Virus record (IMG/VR): IMGVR_UViG_2974515140_000001
Location: 1 to 31,279 of that record
Origin: a virus
Lineage: Duplodnaviria > Heunggongvirae > Uroviricota > Caudoviricetes > Ackermannviridae
Direction: 5' to 3' (one strand)
DNA: 31,279 nucleotides
Below, one piece after another: positions 23,978 through 31,279 of this stretch. How positions within the stretch are numbered: the stretch's first letter is position 1; every line of letters starts with the position of its first letter. Made by a program: the position numbers and the translations under genes. The notes beneath the pieces were generated by a model. That model had not been told where the DNA came from. It was given only the letters and a program-made list of their open reading frames with translations, and made no database searches.

Positions 23978-24658
23978 ATGAGCAATATGTCAGAAAGGTT
24001 ACTTGCGACGCTAGACGCGGTGACTGCCAGAGATGAAGTTGGTAAGGAGGCGATGGAAGCCGTCTCTCCACGCCCAGGTATTGACTTCGATGAAAAAACG
24101 GGCGAGTGGTTTGGTGAACGCCCAGAAGGTTATCAGCCGATTCCAGAACCTCCATCATTGGAAGATATCGCGTCCAAAGAATCCAAGGTTCCGGAGTTTG
24201 CGGATACTGATGCCACAACAGATTACAAGCGGATACGCGATACAACATACGCCATGCAGGAAGCCACGATGTTCATGATGGGGCAAGCTGCTAAATTAGC
24301 TGCATCTACCGAAGCCCCAAGAGCGTTTTCCGTGTTTCGTGAATTGGGCGAACTCATGCGCGGTCTGAACAAAGACCTGATGGAAAACCAAAAAACCATC
24401 AAAGCTGTGACAGGGGACAAAGAACCGCCCACTGATGATACAACCGTGGATGTTACCACTTCACCCGACGGGACCACAACAGTATCTGTCGGAAAGAAAG
24501 CAAGATCTTCACGTGATTTATTGAAAACTATTGAAGATGCCCGCCGCCGCGCCGAAGAACGCGCTCAAGCAAAGGCCACCCAACAAACCGAAGATGAAAT
24601 TATTGACGGTGAAACGGTTGATGTGAAGGAAGAAGACGATGGCGTATCAGAAGCGTGA
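23978..24658 (+). CDS. gp16: terminase small subunit gp16 (226 aa)
   Basis: DYKRIRDTTY...AASTEAPRAFSVFRELGELMRGLNKDLM is the gp16 core; directly upstream of gp17; GGAGG SD. Confidence 0.88.
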   Translation: MSNMSERLLATLDAVTARDEVGKEAMEAVSPRPGIDFDEKTGEWFGERPEGYQPIPEPPSLEDIASKESKVPEFADTDATTDYKRIRDTTYAMQEATMFMMGQAAKLAASTEAPRAFSVFRELGELMRGLNKDLMENQKTIKAVTGDKEPPTDDTTVDVTTSPDGTTTVSVGKKARSSRDLLKTIEDARRRAEERAQAKATQQTEDEIIDGETVDVKEEDDGVSEA

Positions 24659-26849
24659 TATAGAATATGCCCCGATAAAAACGGGGTTTAAAATCGACGA
24701 CGTGAAATTGCGCATGGACCAAACGTTCATGCGCAAACCTTCTGTGCGCGCTCCACGAGTCGAGTTGATGCTAACCGATGAACAAGAAGATGAATTTGTT
24801 GAATGTTCAATGGACGCGCATTACTTCGCCGCCAACTATTACAAGATAACCACGATCGATAAAGGCTTTATCCTTTTCGATATGCATGATTATCAGAAAC
24901 AATTGTTCCATGACTTTCAGGACTATCGATTCAATGCGGTCGTCCAGGCTCGTCAGTCCGGTAAATGCGTCCGTGGTGATACTCTTGTTTATGTCTATGA
25001 TACAATCAGTCAACAAGAGTTGCATCTCACCATAGAAGAGCTTCACAAGCGCTTCGAAGGACCGAACCATGCTGTGCCACTGAATACCATTGGCAACCAC
25101 AATAAGTTTGTAGACAGCCGTTTCGGGAAACGATATTTTGTTGAGTCCGACACTGGCTGGGTTCCGGTTATTGCCGCTCATAAAACGAAAGAATACGCTG
25201 AATACGTTGTCAGGACTGAAACCGGACGCACAATTCATGTCGCAGATGAGCACATGTTCTTCAATGAATATGGGCGCGAAGTATTTGCTAAAGACATGGA
25301 GGCCGGAGATGCCATAATGACCCAGGAGGGAATAGAATTCATCTCTGAGATCTGGGAGACTGGTGAGTACCACCACATGTATGACTTGCAAGTCAAGTCC
25401 AGCGATCAACGTTATTACACGAATGGGTTCCTCAGCCATAATACCACGGTCGTGGCTGCGTTTCTTCTTTGGTATGCGATGTTCCACTCAGACAAAGAAA
25501 TCGCGGTACTGGCAAACAAAGAGAAACAAGCGATTGAAATTCTTGACCGTATCAGGAAGGCGTATCAGGACCTCCCATTCTTCCTTCAGCAGGGTTGTGA
25601 GAAGTTTGGTTCTACACTGATAGAGTTTGAGAACGGCTCTAAGATATATGCTTATGCAACGTCTTCGGACTCTATTCGTGGTCGTTCTGTATCTCTCTTG
25701 TACGTGGACGAAGTAGCGTTCATCGAAAATGACTTTGAATTTTGGGAATCAACATTCCCAGCGATCGCATCTGCTGATACTTCACGTTGTATCCTGACCA
25801 GTACTCCGAAAGGCCAGCGAGGGTTGTTCTACGATATCGTTACAAAAGCCGACCCATGCCATCCACAATACAACGACTTCCATCTTACCGAAGTCCCTTG
25901 GTACAAGGTTCCGGCGTACACCAAAGACCCTGATTGGGAAACCAAACAACGCGCTCGTCTGGGGGATGCCCGTTTTGACCAGGAATTTGGAATCAAGTTC
26001 CGTGGTTCTGTAGGTTCATTGATACCAGCCAAATGCTTGGATAAAATGACATCCAAGTTATATCGAGAGCCTAATGAGTTCACCAAAATTTACAAGGAAT
26101 ATGACCCGCAACGCATCTACTTCGGGATTGCAGATACGGGGAAAGGTGTTGAAGGAGATTATTCGGTTCTGACAATTCTAGATATAACGGAATACCCGCA
26201 TGTTATAGCGGCCAAGTACAGGAACAATACAATACCACCAATGATGTACGCATACACGATAGCCGATATGTGTACTGAATACGGAGAGTGTCCAGTCCTT
26301 GTAGAAACCAACAACGATGTCGGTGGACAGGTTATCACGATCTTGTATCAAGAAATTGAGTATCCAGAGATCATATTCACGTCGACGGATAACAAAGGGA
26401 CAGGGAAACGGATTGGTGGTCGTAAACCAGAGCCAGGCATTAACACCAACAGGAAAGTGCGATCTATTGGGTGTGCTAACCTGAAAGCGCTTATTGAGAA
26501 AGAAATGTTGGTGATCGAAGACCAAGACACGATAGATGAACTCAGCACATTCGTGTTCCGTGGTGCGCGTTATGAAGCAGATGATGGATGTCACGACGAC
26601 TGCGTTATGCCGTTGGTATTATATTCTTGGGCAGTTAAACAAGAATGGTTCAGTGATTTGACTTCTACCAGTATTTCTCAAGACATGAGAAATAGAATGT
26701 CTTCGACTGAGTCACAACAAGTATTCCCGTTTGGTGGTTTAGTCGTGGGAGACACTCCATCTGGAACTGAGCATCTCCCTGGGTTCGGTGGTGTTCAAGT
26801 CTTCGACGAACGTTCAGGGATGACAATGGACGAGTGGTTTAAGAATTGA
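24639..26849 (+). CDS. gp17: terminase large subunit gp17 with in-frame mini-intein (736 aa precursor, 577 aa spliced)
   Basis: Walker A ARQSGK|TT is interrupted by the intein; Walker B LLYVDEVAF; STPKG motif; nuclease motifs GIADTGKG and HDDCVM. Confidence 0.95.
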   Translation: MAYQKRDIEYAPIKTGFKIDDVKLRMDQTFMRKPSVRAPRVELMLTDEQEDEFVECSMDAHYFAANYYKITTIDKGFILFDMHDYQKQLFHDFQDYRFNAVVQARQSGKCVRGDTLVYVYDTISQQELHLTIEELHKRFEGPNHAVPLNTIGNHNKFVDSRFGKRYFVESDTGWVPVIAAHKTKEYAEYVVRTETGRTIHVADEHMFFNEYGREVFAKDMEAGDAIMTQEGIEFISEIWETGEYHHMYDLQVKSSDQRYYTNGFLSHNTTVVAAFLLWYAMFHSDKEIAVLANKEKQAIEILDRIRKAYQDLPFFLQQGCEKFGSTLIEFENGSKIYAYATSSDSIRGRSVSLLYVDEVAFIENDFEFWESTFPAIASADTSRCILTSTPKGQRGLFYDIVTKADPCHPQYNDFHLTEVPWYKVPAYTKDPDWETKQRARLGDARFDQEFGIKFRGSVGSLIPAKCLDKMTSKLYREPNEFTKIYKEYDPQRIYFGIADTGKGVEGDYSVLTILDITEYPHVIAAKYRNNTIPPMMYAYTIADMCTEYGECPVLVETNNDVGGQVITILYQEIEYPEIIFTSTDNKGTGKRIGGRKPEPGINTNRKVRSIGCANLKALIEKEMLVIEDQDTIDELSTFVFRGARYEADDGCHDDCVMPLVLYSWAVKQEWFSDLTSTSISQDMRNRMSSTESQQVFPFGGLVVGDTPSGTEHLPGFGGVQVFDERSGMTMDEWFKN
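24966..25442 (+). mobile_element. 159-aa mini-intein in the gp17 Walker A motif (no homing endonuclease domain)
   Basis: Starts with C (CVRGDTLV), block B IHVADEHMF, block F MYDLQV, block G YYTNGFLSHN, +1 Thr. Removal restores QSGKTT. Confidence 0.93.
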
Positions 26850-26852
26850 TCA

Positions 26853-26901
26853 CTAAATATCTTTCAAATTGAGCGAAACTCTACCGAGAAGGAATGATAT
26901 T
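26853..26901 (+). promoter_or_regulatory. late promoter CTAAATA plus SD-occluding hairpin (gp18)
   Basis: CTAAATA at 26853-59; AATATC (26856-61) / GATATT (26896-901) plus TTTC/GGAA pairing over the AAGGA SD. Confidence 0.7.
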
Positions 26902-28797
26902 ATGGCAACTCAAAGCTTCAGCGTTGCGCCGTCCGTTCAGTGGACTGAGCGTGATGCCACGCTTCAGACGTCCCCGTCCGTTGTTGTTCAGGGCGCGACC
27001 GTCGGCAAATTTCAATGGGGTGAAGTCGAACTCCCAGTGCTGGTGACTGGTGGCGAGACAGGTTTGGTGAAGAAATTCTTCAAACCTAACGACAGTACTG
27101 CGACCGATTTTCTCGTAATCGCGGACTTTTTGTCTTACAGCTCTATGGCATGGGTGACCCGTGTTGTTGGTCCTCTGGCCAAGAACTCTGTTACCAAAGG
27201 TCAGACAGCGATTGCGATCAAAAACAAACTGGATTTTGAAACAGCAAGTCCTTCGGCGTCCATTACTTGGACTGGTCGTTATCCAGGTTCCCTGGGTAAT
27301 GATATTGCTATCAATGTTTGTGATGCTGCTGGGTTCTCGACTTGGGAATTCCGTAATAACTTTGCATACGCACCTCAGTCTGGTGAATTCCATGTAGTTG
27401 TCGTAGACAAAGTTGGTCGCATTACCGACTCTGCTGGCGCGGTCGGTCAGGTTGACCGTATCTCCGTTTCTGGTACGGCTACTGCTGCTGGCACCATCAG
27501 TGTGGCAGGTGAAGATATCGCATATCTGGATACTGATACTCCGGCCACTTTGGCGACCAAAATTGGCGCGGCGCTGACGGCGCTGACAGATGTTTATTCT
27601 TCTGTCGTTGTTAAGTCTAACACTGTCATCGTGACCCATAAAGCTATTGGTCCCCAGACAGTTACTGCTATTGTTCCAGATGATAAGGGACTGACTGCAA
27701 CCGCCGTGATTACCACTGTTGGCGCATCTGGTTCTATTATCGAAAAATACGAACTCATGCAGAACACACAGGGTTCCAAAAAGTCCGATGGCGCGAATGC
27801 GTACTTCAAAGATGTCATCAATGATACATCAAATTGGGTGTACACCTTCGCTACCGCTCTGGCCGCAGGTGTTGTTGAATTAGAAGGCGGCGTAGACGAC
27901 TACAATATCAACCGTGTCGCGGCTATCCAAGTTCTGAACAACGCCGAAGCATATGATGCGAAGCCAGTATTTGCATACTGTGAAGAGTTAATTGAACAAC
28001 AGGCATTAATCGACTTGTCTACCGAGCGAAAAGACACCGTTTCCTTCGTGTCGCCTTTGCGTGATACTGTGGTCGGCAACCGTGGCCGTGAGATGGACGA
28101 TGTGGTCGCTTGGCGTGAAAGTCTGGTGCGCGACTCCTCCTATTTCTTCATGGACGACAACTGGGCATACGTGTACGATAAATACAACGATAAGATGCGC
28201 TGGATCCCTGCTTGCGGTGGTACAGCGGGTGTTTGGGCACGTAGTATTGAAATCGCGGGTATCTACAAATCTCCTGCGTTCCACAACCGTGGCAAATACA
28301 ACAACTACAATCGAATGGCGTGGTCTGCGTCTTCCGATGAACGTGCCGTGTTGTACCGCAACCAGATTAACAGCATTGTGACCTTCTCCAATGAAGGTAT
28401 CGTGTTGTATGGTGACAAAACTGGCCTGACTCGTCCGTCTGCTTTCGATCGTATCAATGTTCGCGGTCTGTTTATTATGGCAGAACAGAACATCGCTGCA
28501 ATCGCCAAATATTACCTTGGTGAGAACAATGATGCGTTCACTCGCAGTCTGTTCAGCAACGCTGTTCGTCCTTATATTCGCCAGCTGGCAAATATGGGTG
28601 CGATTTACGATGGTAAAGTCAAGTGTGATGAAGATAACAACACTGCTGATGTTATCGCAGCAAATCAGCTTGTAGCGGGCATTTGGTTGAAGCCTGAGTA
28701 CAGCATTAACTGGATTTATTTGGATTTTGCTGCAGTTAGACCAGACATGGAGTTCTCGGAAATCGAATCGGGCGGTGGCATCGTTGCTGCATCCTAA
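26902..28797 (+). CDS. gp18: tail sheath protein gp18 (631 aa)
   Basis: APSVQWTERD, GKFQWG, RYPGSLGN, YDKYND..RWIP, SAFDRINVRGLF motifs; ATG 26902 with AAGGA SD. Confidence 0.95.
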   Translation: MATQSFSVAPSVQWTERDATLQTSPSVVVQGATVGKFQWGEVELPVLVTGGETGLVKKFFKPNDSTATDFLVIADFLSYSSMAWVTRVVGPLAKNSVTKGQTAIAIKNKLDFETASPSASITWTGRYPGSLGNDIAINVCDAAGFSTWEFRNNFAYAPQSGEFHVVVVDKVGRITDSAGAVGQVDRISVSGTATAAGTISVAGEDIAYLDTDTPATLATKIGAALTALTDVYSSVVVKSNTVIVTHKAIGPQTVTAIVPDDKGLTATAVITTVGASGSIIEKYELMQNTQGSKKSDGANAYFKDVINDTSNWVYTFATALAAGVVELEGGVDDYNINRVAAIQVLNNAEAYDAKPVFAYCEELIEQQALIDLSTERKDTVSFVSPLRDTVVGNRGREMDDVVAWRESLVRDSSYFFMDDNWAYVYDKYNDKMRWIPACGGTAGVWARSIEIAGIYKSPAFHNRGKYNNYNRMAWSASSDERAVLYRNQINSIVTFSNEGIVLYGDKTGLTRPSAFDRINVRGLFIMAEQNIAAIAKYYLGENNDAFTRSLFSNAVRPYIRQLANMGAIYDGKVKCDEDNNTADVIAANQLVAGIWLKPEYSINWIYLDFAAVRPDMEFSEIESGGGIVAAS

Positions 28798-28803
28798 GAC
28801 AAC

Positions 28804-28830
28804 AACCCCGCTTCGGCGGGGTTTTTATTT
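28804..28830 (+). terminator. intrinsic terminator after gp18 (convergent with the endonuclease gene)
   Basis: AACCCCGC-TTCG-GCGGGGTT followed by TTTATTT. Confidence 0.88.
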
Positions 28831-29613
28831 CCTGCTGATATGCCATCCTGTAGTGTTTGTTCTCTTCAGTGAAGATTTCCTGTAAGGTTTAGGGATGGGA
28901 TTCTGCATCCTTCCAGCTAATGCCATGTTGAAAGATTCTATACACAAACATTGTTCTTGACAAAATTTGTTTAGATTCTTGATTTCATATTTTTCACCAT
29001 CTGGTGAAAGAAGTGTAAACCATCTTCCGAGAGATCGTTTTATTTTCTCTTGGTATTCAGGATTCATGCGCACTTTGTTCATAGCGGCACGGAGATTTTC
29101 TTTACATTTTGGATTTTCGTACGCTTTCTTCAAACATTGTGAATGTATATGGCGTTTGTTTTTGTCCCAAGCCTTGGTTTGAGATTCAGACATTTTCGTT
29201 TTTGTTTCTTCGGAAAGTTTAATGCCTGTCATTGAATGAACAAACAAAACATTCCAACCAGCATCTTTAACTGGTTTCATCCCGATGAATTCTCTGGTTT
29301 CTATATCATATGCTGCTGCCATACCCGATATGTCTATTTGACCACCATGACTGATGTTCAGTCCACCTTCAGAGATATGAGTCTTATGTAATTTTATGAG
29401 TTCAATTTCTTTAGAATTTAGTTCATCGACTTGGCATTCCAGCAATATCTCTTGGTCAGTAATTCCATATTTTCGGATATAATTGTAGAGGATAGTTTTA
29501 TTTCCTCTTCTGGCCTCACCCAGATGCTCCTTTATTCGGTGTTCAACCCCATTTCTTGTTTGTCCAATATACTTCTTTCCACCAACGATTAACATGTAAA
29601 TGTGACCGATCAT
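28825..29613 (-). CDS. free-standing GIY-YIG (seg-like) homing endonuclease with NUMOD3-type repeats (262 aa)
   Basis: HIYML...KKYIGQT...RIKEH catalytic motif; LNISHGG; TGIKLSEETKTKMSES NUMOD3-like segment. GGAGG SD before the ATG at 29613, preferred over 29697. Confidence 0.87.
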   Translation of the reverse strand: MIGHIYMLIVGGKKYIGQTRNGVEHRIKEHLGEARRGNKTILYNYIRKYGITDQEILLECQVDELNSKEIELIKLHKTHISEGGLNISHGGQIDISGMAAAYDIETREFIGMKPVKDAGWNVLFVHSMTGIKLSEETKTKMSESQTKAWDKNKRHIHSQCLKKAYENPKCKENLRAAMNKVRMNPEYQEKIKRSLGRWFTLLSPDGEKYEIKNLNKFCQEQCLCIESFNMALAGRMQNPIPKPYRKSSLKRTNTTGWHISRK

Positions 29614-29654
29614 ACAACACCTCCAAGAACATGATACCCCGAAATTGTTCAACA

Positions 29655-29661
29655 CTAAATA
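29655..29661 (+). promoter_or_regulatory. late promoter CTAAATA upstream of the second GIY-YIG gene and gp19
   Basis: Exact CTAAATA 20 nt before ATG 29681; GAGGTG SD follows. Confidence 0.7.
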
Positions 29662-29680
29662 AAATAGAGGTGAATTTGAA

Positions 29681-30139
29681 ATGATATACGCATACAAAAT
29701 TGAAACGATAACTAATGGAAAGGTCTACATCGGTGTGACCAATCACCCACAACGAAGATATGATCAGCATTTTGCGAATGCTTTTCATCATGGAGTCCAA
29801 AGTGAATTGTATGATGCCATGCGTAAGTATGGAACATCTGGATTTACTTTCGTTGTAATTGCTCAGACCGATGAAGTCCATAAATGGGAATTAGAGAAGC
29901 AACTCATCGCTCAATATAATTCTTATGAGATGGGTTACAACATGAATAAAGGCGGTAATGATGGAAGTCATATGCTGGGTAAAACTGCAGCAAAATTGAC
30001 ATCTACAGGTGAACACATTGGTCTTGTTTCTCTCATAGATCCCCGTTGGGAATTGTGTGAAATCGAACCCGTTTTAAGCAATGTTGACCACGGATTTGAT
30101 TTTTCTTCCATGAAGATTAAAAGATTGACGACTAATTAG
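29681..30139 (+). CDS. GIY-YIG endonuclease-domain protein, short and possibly truncated (152 aa)
   Basis: YAYKI....NGKVYIGVT....RRYDQH, LYDAMRKYG, E..LI..YNS...GYNMNKGG form a complete GIY-YIG module with only a short C-terminal tail. Confidence 0.85.
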   Translation: MIYAYKIETITNGKVYIGVTNHPQRRYDQHFANAFHHGVQSELYDAMRKYGTSGFTFVVIAQTDEVHKWELEKQLIAQYNSYEMGYNMNKGGNDGSHMLGKTAAKLTSTGEHIGLVSLIDPRWELCEIEPVLSNVDHGFDFSSMKIKRLTTN

Positions 30140-30169
30140 AATTGTGTACTCTTATTTGGAGATATAAAA

Positions 30170-30703
30170 ATGGCGACAGTCAATGAGTTTCGCGCAGCCA
30201 TGTCACGAGGGGGCGGCGTACAACGCCAACACCGCTGGCGTGTGACTGTAAACTTTCCTTCTTTTGTTGCTGGTTCCGACACAATTCGTGACGTGTCCTT
30301 GCTGGCTGTAACCACCAACACCCCAACAGGTCAGCTGGGCGAAATTCTGGTGCCCTGGGGTGGTCGTGAACTTCCGTTCCCAGGGGATCGTCGTTTCGAA
30401 GCGCTTCCTGTGACGTTCATTAACGTGGTGAACAACGCTCCATACAATGCTTTTGAAGTGTGGCAGCAATTCATCAACGGTAGTGAAAACAACCGCGCCA
30501 GCGCGAATCCAGATGATTATTTCCGTGATATCATCATGGAACTTCTGGACGCGAATGACAACGTGACTAAGACATGGACTTTGCAGGGTGGCTGGCCTCA
30601 AAACCTCGGCCAATTGGAACTCGATATGTCGGCAATGGACTCTTACACACAGTTCACTGTCGACTTGCGTTATTTCCAAGCCGTTTCTGACAAGTCATTG
30701 TAA
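30170..30703 (+). CDS. gp19: tail tube protein gp19 (177 aa)
   Basis: GGGVQRQHRW, VPWGGRELPFPGDRRF, W.LQGGWPQNLGQLELD motifs. Confidence 0.93.
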   Translation: MATVNEFRAAMSRGGGVQRQHRWRVTVNFPSFVAGSDTIRDVSLLAVTTNTPTGQLGEILVPWGGRELPFPGDRRFEALPVTFINVVNNAPYNAFEVWQQFINGSENNRASANPDDYFRDIIMELLDANDNVTKTWTLQGGWPQNLGQLELDMSAMDSYTQFTVDLRYFQAVSDKSL

Positions 30704-30716
30704 TGTCCTCGGTGCT

Positions 30717-30735
30717 GGGGGAATGTTATTCCCCC
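30717..30735 (+). terminator. hairpin between gp19 and gp20 (terminator or attenuator-like; no U-tract)
   Basis: GGGGGAAT-GTT-ATTCCCCC. Confidence 0.45.
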
Positions 30736-30770
30736 TCACTAATTACAAGAAAATGTTGAGGACTTAGATC

Positions 30771-31279
30771 ATGGCTGGATACGGCAGAGGGTTCTTCGGT
30801 TTGTTTGGCGGCGGCGGTTTAGTCAATGCCAAAGTCGACACCGATAAGTTAGCCCAAAAACAAGATGAACGGTTGCTCACCAAAGCGACAGTTGTTGCTC
30901 TGGACGACGCTCAAGACGGTTCTATAATCCTTCAGGGTGGTGCGAACACCTACAACTATGTTGGCGTTGAAAGTGAACTTCTCAGCGTTAAAACAGTTGT
31001 GGAAGAATATCAGTCCATGGCTCAACAGCCTGAAATTCGCAAAGCGGTGGACATTATTGTCAATGATGTTGTCACCTGTGAGGAAGATGAAACTCCAGTG
31101 ACAGTAAACCTTGACAAAGTTGAAGGGATATCTGATACTGTTAAAGAATCTATCACCGAATGCTTCAAAGAAGTTATGCACTTGATGGACTTTGACAATA
31201 CAGCATATCAGAAGATCCGGAAATGGTATGTTGACGGTCGACAAGCATATCATGTCATCGTTGATCCCACGAATAAAAA
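30771..31279 (+). CDS. gp20: portal protein gp20, 5' part (runs off the window; absent from the ORF track)
   Basis: Manual translation from ATG 30771 (GAGG SD) is open to the window end and contains YQSMAQQPEIRKAVDIIVND and KIRKWYVDGRQAYHVIVD, the T4-type portal motifs. Confidence 0.92.
   Translation, partial: MAGYGRGFFGLFGGGGLVNAKVDTDKLAQKQDERLLTKATVVALDDAQDGSIILQGGANTYNYVGVESELLSVKTVVEEYQSMAQQPEIRKAVDIIVNDVVTCEEDETPVTVNLDKVEGISDTVKESITECFKEVMHLMDFDNTAYQKIRKWYVDGRQAYHVIVDPTNK

Noticed and set aside
24807-25487. 226-aa antisense ORF across the intein as a hidden endonuclease
   Set aside because: No LAGLIDADG, HNH or GIY-YIG motif and no SD; a typical antisense shadow, like 26881..27639 and 30203..30679.
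2531-29697. Longer ORF-track starts (2531, 4314, 11675, 16043, 20979, 21521, 23972, 26869, 29697)
   Set aside because: They run through promoters, terminators or hairpins. Downstream ATGs with proper SD spacing match the known protein N-termini.

Overview
Segment of a T4-like myovirus genome of the Ackermannviridae (Kuttervirus / Vi01-CBA120-Det7 type, inferred from gene order and recognisable protein N-termini). Positions 1-2300 are a minus-strand unit that is mostly non-coding and highly structured. It holds a tmRNA-like tag reading frame (ANDNTFLAVA*), three tandem non-canonical tRNA-like elements (two ending in CCA), a tRNA-like element with an expanded anticodon arm, a 23-bp perfect inverted repeat, and two small or hypothetical ORFs. 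I found no canonical tRNA. From 2582 the plus strand carries the late morphogenesis cluster: gp6, a gp7-like wedge protein, a repeat-containing tail protein, four tailspikes (TSP4, TSP3, TSP2, TSP1), the VrlC-like protein, gp13-gp16, gp17 with a 159-aa mini-intein, gp18, two divergent GIY-YIG endonuclease genes, gp19 and the start of gp20. Main observations: (1) the tmRNA-like / tRNA-like RNA island; (2) a two-sided recombination scar suggesting the TSP4 receptor module came from a TSP2 locus; (3) six CTAAATA late-promoter motifs that each begin a hairpin covering the Shine-Dalgarno of the next gene. All RNA structures were folded by eye and no database searches were run.
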